From the IMG/VR virus record IMGVR_UViG_3300042340_000379, positions 124,001 to 188,000 of that record: 64,000 nucleotides of DNA, one strand, 5' to 3'. The notes beneath the pieces are model-generated. The model saw nothing but the letters and a program-made list of their open reading frames with translations. It was not told where the DNA came from and ran no database searches. Positions 9,104-18,370 of the stretch are shown here, one piece after another (the first letter of the stretch is position 1; each line of letters opens with the position of its first letter). A program made the translations under genes and the position numbers.

Positions 9104-12100
9104 GGACTCAGTAATACAAGCTCACTAGTCCATCCCTGGCTACCTGCCGAGTTTAGCGTATGCCGTACACCCTCGATTCTCCAAATAGATCGAGGGTCTT
9201 GCGTGAACCCAGACTTTCGCCAGTGATTCTCGCCCCACTCTTCAGTTGTCGCTGCTGCGTTATCTCCCTCAGTATCCTTTTCTACAACCGTGGCTGTTTC
9301 TTTTTTAGTGGCAGAGCAAAAGATGTCCTCAGCGCTCTTCTTAAACTCAGCTTTTCTAGCCCTAATTTTATAGTCTTCATCAACTCGCTCATAGCCGTCA
9401 GGTGAAGGTTCAGATGAATAGTTCCCTGTAAGAGGGGCTGAAGTCTCAGCTCTAGATTCAATTCCCTGGCGCGTAACTTCTAATGCACTCAGGTAACTAG
9501 CACGAGTCGCGCCTTCATACTCAACAATAGACTGTCGCTCATCAATATAAGTCTGAAGAGTCTGAGAGTAAATAGGTGAGTTAATAGTTTGAACCAGCTC
9601 GCCAGGGGTTAACGAAGCATCACCTAACACAGTCATTGATGCCGTGCGCAACTCTTTAGCATAGAGACGAGCAACTGAAGCTGCAACCGCTGCCGCCTCT
9701 CCAATATTTTTGATCGTCTCGTCAACAATGTACATGTTGCGGCCACCAATTTCATGTCCTCGAAGAAACGCGGGCCTGGCTGACATGTGCATAATAATCG
9801 CGTCACCGGCCACACTCCCGTTAGGAGATTGGTTAGCAATAAAGAAGTTAGTCTTCATACCAAGAGAGGACAGCTCTTCTTTGAAGTTGATCGTCATCTG
9901 GTTGTAATCAACCTGGCCAAAGATGCGACTGTAGTCAAACGTTTGGGTAAACTCGCAACCTTCAGTCTCTAGCCTTTCTATAATGGACTCAAACGAGGGC
10001 TTAGGAATGCTACCAGAAACCTGCGGGGGAATAGTACGGTGGTAGTACGTCCTGTAAAATCGCTTAGGGTCAGCTAAGCCTGAAACATCATTTACTCTAG
10101 GGGTGTAATAGAACTGCCCGTCAAGATGGTTCATAAAAGTCTCAGTTGGGTAAGGTTCCTGAGCTGAGAGAACTCGAATAAACTCAATCGGAATCTGAGT
10201 TTCAATTGAGAAATCTTTGCTGATAATATCAACCGAGTAGGGTAATCGCCCGGTAAAGATGTTAAACCTCATTTCTGAGTCTAGGTCTAATAACTCTTTT
10301 GGGTTAGAAGTGCGAGCGCGGCAAGGGATAATATCTTTAGAAAATTCGTTTTTACATGTGTAGAAAAAGTCGGGGCGTTTTGCTTCTGTTAAAGGTCTAA
10401 CAAATGAATAACCTCCCGGCCCGCTAGAGCTTTCAGAAGGAGAACCTGTAAATGTGGGATCAGCACCTCCTAAATGGCTACCTAAAAAGTCATAAATTTG
10501 TTGAGGGGTTTTAGTTCCTTGACTAGGGTAACAAAAAGATCCATTGCTTCTTGGAATGCTGGCCCACTCACAAGCAATTTTATCTAGCACAGTAGGCCAG
10601 TCTTGTTTAAGAACCGCGTCATAAGCCCCTCTTTGTTTAAGAAGATCGATCGCAGCTTTGTCTTGATTCTCAGGACTAAAAGATGTCAAGCCCAATTTGC
10701 GAACTAGCCCATCCCAAGTTCTTATAAGAAATTGATATCGACCACTAGCAGATGACCGTAATCCAGTTCCTAAAATCTGGCGAGGGTGATCGCGATAGCC
10801 ATTATTAAATAAACGGCCAGTATACTGAACGTTGTAACCTCGATCACTTCCAGCTATTGTGCTAGTACCCTCTGCCCACGCGATCATATCTAACACCGCA
10901 CGAAGATTTGGGTCAGAAGTTCCTGACGCAGTTGTTGGTTGAGATGGCTGGGGAGTTGGTGTGGGTGCTGCTTGAAGTGCTTCTCCTCCAGACCCAAGTT
11001 CTACATTATAAACAGCAGGGTCTTGATGAAGCATCTGCAAAGAGACACCATCTGGAAAAGTGACTGCGGTGTAAAGGCCTCCACCACCCCGATCACTAAT
11101 TACTCCAGAAATCTTTTCTATAGGAACAGTTGAACGAATCTCTGTTCCTATAGAAGCTGCATAATCGATACCATAGTGCTTGCGTCCGTACCTCGCAGTT
11201 CTGCCAGGGTTTCTAGTCCAGTGTTCAGATGTAATTTGGACACTACCTAAAGGAACTCCATTTAAGGCAATACGGTTGGCATGTTCGTCTGTTACTCTAT
11301 TTCTGCTCGGGTCATAAGAGCGGGCGTATTGAAGATGGAGGTGAGGCCCTGTACCAACACCTGTTTGACCTGTGATTCCTAATAAAGCTCCAGTCCCAAC
11401 AGTCGCAGCACCCCCTCCACCTCTTAAAGCATTACCAGAACTACTGTTGTACTGAACATAAAAGCCCAAATCTTGAATAAAGCCCTTCTTAATAACTCGG
11501 CCATTTAGATTGCAGTCGTCAGTCTCACCTTGAATAGCAACATGGCCAATTCCCAACTGGGAAATCTTTAGGATCAAATCTGACCGCAAGACATTCTCGT
11601 TTCCTTTTGCAAATGCTTTTGCGAGTGTGCTAGCGTTCTTGTCATTACCGTATGATGGATCAAATGTTACTTCGCTATCAGACAGGTAACGAACACGATC
11701 TCGACACTGGATTGTTAATGAGATACCCTTTGGCGTTCCTATGGCTGCGATTGTGTCGATCACGCCAATATAGTTTCGTAAAAGAAGGGAGTTTTCTAGA
11801 TCCTCAGGAGCGACAGGTCGCATTGTCGGCAAATAGCCCATCCAAACGCAAATTTCATCCTCAGGGCCGAGTCTTGAAAGAACTTCCTCGTTGTCAATTT
11901 TCTTTTTGTAAAGAGGTAGTTCAGGTGGCATATCATGAACTGAAGTCAAGTTACATGACAATGAAATTGTTGCCGTCGAACTTGCAAAAAATCTCTGTTG
12001 ATAAACCGTCGCACTACTAATTACCCATTGGGAGGGCTCAGAATGAACGTTCGAGAATAAGATCTGAGTATGGTCAAGACTCGTGATCGCCCAAACCGGG

Positions 12101-12171
12101 ATAGCACCCTGACTTCTCATGTGACATTTATCCCCAAGGGTTGGATCGAATCTCGGTTCGGGAATACTCAT
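9097..12171 (-). CDS. Baseplate hub (gp27/gpD-like) tail-associated lysin with inserted M23 peptidase and lambda-type lysozyme domains
   Basis: Hub motifs GVIDTI...LTIQCRD and ASMTVLGDASLTPGE...WRIEGVRHTL...GWTSELVL. M23 motifs HYGID and GTGPHLH. Lambda lysozyme motifs LRAVLDMIAWAEGT, SASGRYQFL..TW, FSPENQD and EWASIP. Confidence 0.85.
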   Translation of the reverse strand: MSIPEPRFDPTLGDKCHMRSQGAIPVWAITSLDHTQILFSNVHSEPSQWVISSATVYQQRFFASSTATISLSCNLTSVHDMPPELPLYKKKIDNEEVLSRLGPEDEICVWMGYLPTMRPVAPEDLENSLLLRNYIGVIDTIAAIGTPKGISLTIQCRDRVRYLSDSEVTFDPSYGNDKNASTLAKAFAKGNENVLRSDLILKISQLGIGHVAIQGETDDCNLNGRVIKKGFIQDLGFYVQYNSSSGNALRGGGGAATVGTGALLGITGQTGVGTGPHLHLQYARSYDPSRNRVTDEHANRIALNGVPLGSVQITSEHWTRNPGRTARYGRKHYGIDYAASIGTEIRSTVPIEKISGVISDRGGGGLYTAVTFPDGVSLQMLHQDPAVYNVELGSGGEALQAAPTPTPQPSQPTTASGTSDPNLRAVLDMIAWAEGTSTIAGSDRGYNVQYTGRLFNNGYRDHPRQILGTGLRSSASGRYQFLIRTWDGLVRKLGLTSFSPENQDKAAIDLLKQRGAYDAVLKQDWPTVLDKIACEWASIPRSNGSFCYPSQGTKTPQQIYDFLGSHLGGADPTFTGSPSESSSGPGGYSFVRPLTEAKRPDFFYTCKNEFSKDIIPCRARTSNPKELLDLDSEMRFNIFTGRLPYSVDIISKDFSIETQIPIEFIRVLSAQEPYPTETFMNHLDGQFYYTPRVNDVSGLADPKRFYRTYYHRTIPPQVSGSIPKPSFESIIERLETEGCEFTQTFDYSRIFGQVDYNQMTINFKEELSSLGMKTNFFIANQSPNGSVAGDAIIMHMSARPAFLRGHEIGGRNMYIVDETIKNIGEAAAVAASVARLYAKELRTASMTVLGDASLTPGELVQTINSPIYSQTLQTYIDERQSIVEYEGATRASYLSALEVTRQGIESRAETSAPLTGNYSSEPSPDGYERVDEDYKIRARKAEFKKSAEDIFCSATKKETATVVEKDTEGDNAAATTEEWGENHWRKSGFTQDPRSIWRIEGVRHTLNSAGSQGWTSELVLLSPY

Positions 12172-12215
12172 CTAATAATCTATTCATAAATATACTTTGA
12201 CCTTAACTGCCTAAG

Positions 12216-12244
12216 TTGCAAGCTAAGTGCGCAAGGTATATAGT
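12216..12244 (+). promoter_or_regulatory. Sigma70-type promoter P1 of repeat RNA 1
   Basis: TTGCAA-17 bp-TATAGT. Confidence 0.65.
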
Positions 12245-12249
12245 AGAGA

Positions 12250-12360
12250 AGTCGCCTCCGCTCTCCTCTGCTCACCTCGACTCAGCTCAGCTCTTCTCCA
12301 CTCGACTCAACTCGGCGTTTTGCAAACCCTCAGTCCTAACCGGCTGGGGGTTTGGCCTTT
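12250..12360 (+). ncRNA. Putative small RNA 1: (CUC-NN)12 array plus 3' hairpin
   Basis: 12 perfect CTCNN pentamers at 12256-12315; stem CAAACCCTCAGTC/GGCTGGGGGTTTG at 12323-12354. Confidence 0.6.
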
Positions 12361-12403
12361 CTACCCCTTTATGTAAAGCAGGCTCGCCACCCAGCCAAGC
12401 AGC

Positions 12404-12433
12404 TTGCACCTAGTCGCGGCAGTGTGTTAGATT
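12404..12433 (+). promoter_or_regulatory. Sigma70-type promoter P2 of repeat RNA 2
   Basis: TTGCAC-18 bp-TAGATT with extended -10 TGn. Confidence 0.55.
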
Positions 12434-12437
12434 GTTC

Positions 12438-12576
12438 AAGTCAGCTTCGGTTGACAAAAACCGCCTCTTCTCGGCTCAACTCCACTCTGCTCTACTCGAC
12501 TCAACTCAACTCGACGTAGCCTGAAAATGGCTAAAGAAACCCCAGGAAGTTTAGGCCTCCTGGGGTTTCTACTTTG
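12438..12576 (+). ncRNA. Putative small RNA 2: 5' cUUCGg hairpin, (CUC-NN)10 array, 3' terminator-like hairpin
   Basis: GTCAGC-TTCG-GTTGAC at 12440-12455; 10 CTCNN units at 12465-12514; AGAAACCCCAGGA/TCCTGGGGTTTCT stem at 12535-12570. Confidence 0.65.
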
Positions 12577-12602
12577 TATCTACTCTGGGCTTTTAGGCCC
12601 AG

Positions 12603-12631
12603 TTGTCGTTCTGAAGATTACAAACTAGAAT
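12603..12631 (+). promoter_or_regulatory. Sigma70-type promoter P3 of repeat RNA 3
   Basis: TTGTCG-17 bp-TAGAAT. Confidence 0.6.
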
Positions 12632-12635
12632 TGAA

Positions 12636-12735
12636 AAGTGCTTAGGCACAGCGTCTCAACTCAACTCGGTTCATCTCAACTCGACTCCCCTCATCTCCAC
12701 TCAACGCAACTCGTCTGCCTGGGAAGGCTGTTAGA
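12636..12735 (+). ncRNA. Putative small RNA 3: 5' hairpin, (CUC-NN)12 array, short 3' hairpin
   Basis: GTGC-TTAG-GCAC at 12638-12649; 12 pentamers at 12655-12714 (two variant triplets, TTC and CGC); GCCT-GGGA-AGGC at 12717-12728. Confidence 0.6.
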
Positions 12736-12764
12736 GCATGCCCTAACCAAAACTCCACCCTATA

Positions 12765-13502
12765 CTAAAGAGCGAAAGTGTTTCCGTTTTGCAAAGCCCA
12801 AGTAGGCCGAGCATCATTAACAATAGTGGCCTGGTTATAAAATACAGAGTTTGTATTCTGACTGTCCGCAGGCGTAAAGGGATTACCAACAACAGTCCCG
12901 GCCCACACAGACGAGGAATCGACGTAACTGATCCCTTCAGCCAGGCCTTCCCAACGAACAGCAATTACTGAACGTCCGGCCATCGCGCCGATAGTCATAC
13001 TGTCAACTTTACAATAGACCAATCTATATTGGCCGACCGAGTGACGCCGACGACGGGAGTTATCATTTCCGTTGACTAGCAGTTCGCCAAGATTATTGTT
13101 CCGAAGATCAACGTTGTTGAGTGACCGTTCGTCAAGTTCAGGTGCAGAAAGATCAAAGGTGATTACCATCCTTGGGCTGCGACCAATGCGCATTTCACGA
13201 CGAATGTCATCAAAGCCAAAGGTAGACTCTAGAAGACGGGTGTCAATAAGACCCCGTTCTAAAACCCAACCGAACTGAAATTCACCATCAAGCATTCGGG
13301 GAATGCGTTGGTTAAATTCCATGTAAGGCTCAGTCGCGTTTCGGATAGTTAGCTGGATGCTGGTAAAGCGCCCAACTAAAAGCTGGTTGCCGGTCGCTTG
13401 GTCAATGACCCAGACATCGGCGTCAAAGCCCTGCATTGGATCCTTAATAGAATTATTAATCGCGGCCCCAGCAGGGGAAGAATTTGCTGTGAAAATTGCC
13501 AT
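12765..13502 (-). CDS. Tail tube protein
   Basis: 245 aa directly downstream of the sheath; beta-strand pattern of tube proteins (VGRFTSIQLTI, FGWVLERG, YRLVYCKVDS, VRWEGLAEG). Confidence 0.7.
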   Translation of the reverse strand: MAIFTANSSPAGAAINNSIKDPMQGFDADVWVIDQATGNQLLVGRFTSIQLTIRNATEPYMEFNQRIPRMLDGEFQFGWVLERGLIDTRLLESTFGFDDIRREMRIGRSPRMVITFDLSAPELDERSLNNVDLRNNNLGELLVNGNDNSRRRRHSVGQYRLVYCKVDSMTIGAMAGRSVIAVRWEGLAEGISYVDSSSVWAGTVVGNPFTPADSQNTNSVFYNQATIVNDARPTWALQNGNTFAL

Positions 13503-13542
13503 GTTAGCTTATCGGGGGTTAAGGTCTACTGGGGTGGAAAAC

Positions 13543-16500
13543 TTACTGGGTTTGCAGGCTCAGGGAATCTGCAATTTCTCGGGTAACGCTGACCCTGATA
13601 AAGTCAGCCGGGTATACTGGCGTGTAGAGCAACGCGATGTTTAGAATGCCCTGAGAGATAGTGGTTGGTGTGTTGTTACTTTCGTTACAAATCGTGTTTC
13701 GGAAGCTCGAGATTCGCCCTTCACGGGTCAGGCTTTGAAGATAGGCGTCAACCGCAACTGCTACCTGGGCTCTTAAAGAAGTGGTGTTCCTATTTGAGCG
13801 AACCCACACTAGATTAAGATACAGGTCGTGAAGAATTTGGTCAGCCATCCGTCGCACAGAGACGTACCGATCACTACTGTTAGAAGTAGTTGACAAACCA
13901 TTTAGAAACTTATAGACTCCAAGGCCCGCGTCGTAGAAGAGAACTTCAGTCCGAGCGCGAGTGACGGCATCCAGATAGGTTGTGTTTGAAGGAGTGTCAA
14001 CAGAAACGACGCCATTTGGAACCATTCCCTCGCCAGCAGCAGCGGGAGATATTTCAGGAGGGTTAGCTGCCAACAAACCTACATAAAAGCCAGCCCCAGG
14101 AGTATTGTTAAAACCGCTAACTCCAGCCATTGAGGTGTGCCCACCAACCAAAACAATTCGAGGATTGTTCTGGGCAGAGGCTAAGCTCAAAGCTTGAGTC
14201 CCAGAAAGATTACGGGGGGCTTGAATAACACCCGTTCTTAGACCAGTAGAAACATTAGCCCGATTGACCTGGCCAATAATCTCTTCGGTCACGCCCGAGA
14301 AGTTACGGTCGCCCGCATCATACCCAGCGGCATATAAGATTGAAATATCTTGACCTTCTAGCTCCTGAACAGCCTGGCGAAGAATAGCAGCTCGATCGGC
14401 AGCAGGCAAACTTGCAACAACAGTGTCTTGGCCTTCACTCAAGTAAATATTTTGGAGATAAGAATCACCAAAAGCCGCTTGAGCATAAAGAGGAAGAGAG
14501 AACGAGCTGGTAGATTGGTTTGCGGTATTAAAGACAGGAATGCGATCGCCATAAGACGGCGCAAGTCGAACAGGAACTTTATTTAGTTCTAGTTCAGTCA
14601 ACTCTTTACCATCAACAGCGGGTAGATAGTAACAACGAACCAGTCGGCTATTAGCCGAGGCGTTAAACAAACCGTCAGTTTCAACATCCCGAGTCGAAAG
14701 CGCCATCGTTTCCGAACCAGGAACATTTTGGTAAGAAGAACTATCTTCATCTAAAACAAAGAGAGTAAACTGACCGTCCCGTCCGGGGGTGACACTAACC
14801 TTAAGCTTATTGCCGTAAGCACCTTCTGATAAGGCTACAACTCGAAGCAGTGGGTCAGAATCAATAGAGTAGAAATCTTGATAAGCAGCGCTGGAACCAT
14901 CAATCGCCCCACTAAACCTTAGATCCGCTCCATACTTAGAGTTGGAATCGGAAATGTTGCTAGAGTTAAACAAAAGGTCATCAGCAGTAACACCAGAAGA
15001 CACCCCCTTAACTTCGCGAGTTAGAGTAGCCCGAATGCGATTTGCGTCAGTGCCTGTATACCCGGTGGCAAGACTCAGAGTTGGGGGATTCAAGTTAGCC
15101 GAAATAATAGGCTCTCTAAGAAGACCCATCATCATCGCGTCAAGTTCAATCGCTTCTTTTAGTTCAGTGAGAATTTGGGAAGCTGTCATACCAACCGAGA
15201 AGTCTTGCTCGCCAGCAGCAGAACCTAAAGCTACGGAAGCATAGGCAACAGGAACGTTAAACGTACCCCCCTTAAGAAACGCAATCTTATTAGAGGTCGA
15301 AATGCCTGGTAGGTCAACTTGAATGCCAGACGAGGGAGCAAAGATAACTCCATCTTCACGCTCAAACAGAATGCGATTGTCAAAATTGTTAGCTTGAACA
15401 GCTTCAGTTGAAACAAGAAATGCGTCAACAAGAGCGTTGCGGTCGTCTACCTCAAAAGCAGTCTGAATGAATTTATACTCTAGAGGATCAGAAACTGTGC
15501 CGACAGTAGTTGCGGCAACAGGGCCAGAAAGAGTACCAGAAATAGTAGCCGATGAAACAGAGGCAGGAGTTTGAGTGCCAACTGTAAATTTTGACCCGTT
15601 GGAAAAGTTAATTTCAAAGCCGGGGTCAAGTCGGTAAGGAACAGATGCTACAGAAAGAGAAACAGCTCCGTTTATCGCGTTTGAAGAAACAGTAACGCTA
15701 GCCGAAGGATTTTTTACGTACTCTGGGAGACCGCCAGATCTTGCCCTAAATGTGGAAGAGAAGATGTAGAGATTCTTAGAAGTTTCGTAGAGAGAAACCG
15801 AAGCGTTAGTCAGAACGGTCGCGATCTGCCCTTTAACTAAAAACCGAACTCGGTTTGGGTTAGAAGGGTCATCAGCAGCAACTGACATTACCATCAAGGG
15901 AGTGCTAGAAGTGCTGTTAAAAACAACCGCTGAACCAGAGTACAAAAGCCGACCGGGCTTTAAGTTAGCAACAAAAGATTGGTTGCTTTCTAAAGTGCGA
16001 TCAGCGTACATCCATTGAATCTGGTTCTCAACAGAACCAGAAACTGGAATATAAGTTGCAGGGGCGCTAACCGTCGCGGTTGATGAGATGATTTGCTCAA
16101 CAGATGGAATAGCGCCTTGGGGAATGATAACTCCAACAGAGGTTGAGCTTAAAACGCCTTTTAGAGAAACCGGGTTATTTGAGGGGTCAGCGTTTTCAGT
16201 TAGCTTAAAACTTGCGTTAGAAAAGTAGAGATAGCTGTCTTTTGCTAGACTAGTGCGAAGACTTGCAATCTCAAGAGTTTTAATCTGGCGAGCAGAATAA
16301 GTCGCGGCAGGTAGAGTGCCTGGATTTTTAGTGACGGTTGCAGTCGTTGCAGAAGCAATGGTAATTTGCATACCATTAGTTAAAACGTAAACTTGTCCAA
16401 CTACCGGAACACCGTCAACGTTAGTTAGAGTAGAAAGAGTTAAAACATCATTTAGAGCTAACGTTACGCTAGAAGCGAGAGTAAAGCCAATTGTGTTTGA

Positions 16501-17070
16501 CCGGCCAGTCAAAGCCGTCGAAACAACAAAACCAGGATCACCTTTCAAATACTCTTCAGCGACGTACTCAAAAAGACCCAGCCCATTGTAATCAACACTA
16601 CTAGGAAGAGCGCTAGTATCTCGAACGTTAAGTAAGCCAGCTGCCCGAACAGTCTCAAAGCTCTGGCCAACGTATCGAACATTCAGCTTTAGACCAGTAG
16701 TTTGAACTTGATTGCCAGCATTAAACTGCTGGATGTTGCCAATAAAACCAACTTGAGCTTGGTTAGTAGGAAGAACGTTGGCAAACTTTAGATCAAGAGT
16801 AGCTGCGGTAGCCCGAGGGGTAGCGCGAGAAATGACAATGTCAGTTGCACCTTGAAGTAGAACCTGACGAACAGCAACCGCACCAGGAGAGTTGTCATCT
16901 CCATAGAGATAGGCTGCATCTTGCCGGTTAGTAACTCGGACTGCACCACGAGGGCCTCGACGAAAAATACCGGCAATGCCCACCCGGTTGCGGTAGTTTG
17001 TATTGAATGGGATAGGCCCGACGAGAGTTTCCTGAAAACTAACGTTAGGAAAAGATAGTTGTTGGTTCAT
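13543..17070 (-). CDS. Contractile tail sheath protein, enlarged by a long insertion
   Basis: N-terminal FPNVSFQE..GIAGIFRRGP; ALSEGAYGNKLKVSV; C-terminal YVSVRR...AYLQSL...ICNESNNT...GILNIALLYTPVYPADFIRV. Confidence 0.9.
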   Translation of the reverse strand: MNQQLSFPNVSFQETLVGPIPFNTNYRNRVGIAGIFRRGPRGAVRVTNRQDAAYLYGDDNSPGAVAVRQVLLQGATDIVISRATPRATAATLDLKFANVLPTNQAQVGFIGNIQQFNAGNQVQTTGLKLNVRYVGQSFETVRAAGLLNVRDTSALPSSVDYNGLGLFEYVAEEYLKGDPGFVVSTALTGRSNTIGFTLASSVTLALNDVLTLSTLTNVDGVPVVGQVYVLTNGMQITIASATTATVTKNPGTLPAATYSARQIKTLEIASLRTSLAKDSYLYFSNASFKLTENADPSNNPVSLKGVLSSTSVGVIIPQGAIPSVEQIISSTATVSAPATYIPVSGSVENQIQWMYADRTLESNQSFVANLKPGRLLYSGSAVVFNSTSSTPLMVMSVAADDPSNPNRVRFLVKGQIATVLTNASVSLYETSKNLYIFSSTFRARSGGLPEYVKNPSASVTVSSNAINGAVSLSVASVPYRLDPGFEINFSNGSKFTVGTQTPASVSSATISGTLSGPVAATTVGTVSDPLEYKFIQTAFEVDDRNALVDAFLVSTEAVQANNFDNRILFEREDGVIFAPSSGIQVDLPGISTSNKIAFLKGGTFNVPVAYASVALGSAAGEQDFSVGMTASQILTELKEAIELDAMMMGLLREPIISANLNPPTLSLATGYTGTDANRIRATLTREVKGVSSGVTADDLLFNSSNISDSNSKYGADLRFSGAIDGSSAAYQDFYSIDSDPLLRVVALSEGAYGNKLKVSVTPGRDGQFTLFVLDEDSSSYQNVPGSETMALSTRDVETDGLFNASANSRLVRCYYLPAVDGKELTELELNKVPVRLAPSYGDRIPVFNTANQSTSSFSLPLYAQAAFGDSYLQNIYLSEGQDTVVASLPAADRAAILRQAVQELEGQDISILYAAGYDAGDRNFSGVTEEIIGQVNRANVSTGLRTGVIQAPRNLSGTQALSLASAQNNPRIVLVGGHTSMAGVSGFNNTPGAGFYVGLLAANPPEISPAAAGEGMVPNGVVSVDTPSNTTYLDAVTRARTEVLFYDAGLGVYKFLNGLSTTSNSSDRYVSVRRMADQILHDLYLNLVWVRSNRNTTSLRAQVAVAVDAYLQSLTREGRISSFRNTICNESNNTPTTISQGILNIALLYTPVYPADFIRVSVTREIADSLSLQTQ

Positions 17071-17122
17071 ATTACTTTTCTAGCTTTGTTTGTTTTATCA
17101 AAATGAAGACGGTCAAGGGTGG

Positions 17123-18370
17123 TCAATCGCTAGCGAGAATTACGCCAATAGCTCTTCCTCTATTAATTTCTGTTCCTTCAGAAGGTCTAATTAAACTGAC
17201 ACTAAAAAATCTGTCGGCTGGAAGGGAAAGCTCTCCAGCTGTCTTAAACGTAATTACTTGTGTCTCTTCCCCAACATCAAACTCGAGAGAATCCAAAGGA
17301 TATTCTAAATCCTCAAAATGAATAGCTAAAGCGGGAAGGGGGCCAGTGCCCGTAACCTGCCAGTTAACTTCGCTAATAATATCCAGGTTTCCGATTCTTG
17401 TAACAGTAAACGTAAATTGAGTCTGCTCTGTCAAGGCAACTTCACTAGTTGTCTGAGAAGTAATGCTCAATGTTGGAGGGGTATATCCTGGATACTGTAT
17501 TACAGTATATAGATCTACAGCATCTCGGACTGGGCTATTTGTCCAAGGCTCTTCTCCCTCTTCAGGTTCAGGAGGAACAAAGTAGTTAACTAAGTTTTCA
17601 AAGTCAACCTCAGTTGACTCATCTTCAATTAGAAGAGTTTTGACTGTCTCGACTATAAATAGACCTTGGTTTGAACGAGCGAGGTTTGTCTCATAAATAT
17701 CAAATTCAATTACTGTTTCAGCCCTGTGAAACACTAAGTTCTCTGGATTGGTTTGACTAATTGTTGATGTAGTTGGATAGTTTGTATAAAGAATAGATGG
17801 GTTGCGAATACCGTAAGGCTGAAAATGACCTATATCTCGGACTATGTACCGAATCATAGTCATTAAGTCTCGAAGCATTTCTTCAGAAGGGACAACATAA
17901 ATGATTGCTTCCCCTGTTACTTCAGCTGGTTCGTCTTGATTAGCAGGCTCGACTAATTCAAAACGCTGGCCAAAAGGCCCGTATTCTTCACTCTCTTGAA
18001 GAGAATAGGAGACAGCAATAGGAACATCAAAACTTGCCTCAATAATAGAGGCTTGAATCGTAAGCCTAAATCTCGTGCGATCAGAATATTCGCCAGGGTC
18101 AGGCCGACCCATTGTGTAATGCTCATTTTCTAGAGAGGCTGTCGATGTGTATCCACCTGTTGGAAACACGGATAGCGTTAAGCCAGGCTCTGGTAATTCA
18201 AGACCCGAGTAAGTTCTAAATTTCTGGACAGCAACTCTAACTGGTGGCTGACCAACCGGGGTACCCACTTCAAAAATGGGCAGCTCTTGCATGAGAGGAT
18301 GCTTCTGAAGTGCAAGCGCTACTGCTAGTACAACTTGCCGGTCAGTGGCTGAATAAATCCTATCTGCCAT
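17123..18370 (-). CDS. Putative neck/tail-terminator protein with C-terminal Calx-beta-like Ig domain
   Basis: C-terminal FTFTVTRIGNL...VNW...LEFDVGEETQVIT...FFSVSL..PS...AIGVI fits Calx-beta; lies upstream of the sheath. Confidence 0.55.
   Translation of the reverse strand: MADRIYSATDRQVVLAVALALQKHPLMQELPIFEVGTPVGQPPVRVAVQKFRTYSGLELPEPGLTLSVFPTGGYTSTASLENEHYTMGRPDPGEYSDRTRFRLTIQASIIEASFDVPIAVSYSLQESEEYGPFGQRFELVEPANQDEPAEVTGEAIIYVVPSEEMLRDLMTMIRYIVRDIGHFQPYGIRNPSILYTNYPTTSTISQTNPENLVFHRAETVIEFDIYETNLARSNQGLFIVETVKTLLIEDESTEVDFENLVNYFVPPEPEEGEEPWTNSPVRDAVDLYTVIQYPGYTPPTLSITSQTTSEVALTEQTQFTFTVTRIGNLDIISEVNWQVTGTGPLPALAIHFEDLEYPLDSLEFDVGEETQVITFKTAGELSLPADRFFSVSLIRPSEGTEINRGRAIGVILASD

Noticed and set aside
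12216-12413. 65 aa track ORF across CTCNN array 1
   Set aside because: Its TTG start is the -35 box of P1, there is no RBS, the 5 bp period gives a meaningless peptide, and arrays 2 and 3 have no equivalent ORF.
12256-12714. CTCNN arrays as a CRISPR array or simple microsatellite
   Set aside because: No 25-45 bp repeats with spacers. The NN positions are diverse and array lengths are similar, unlike slippage repeats.
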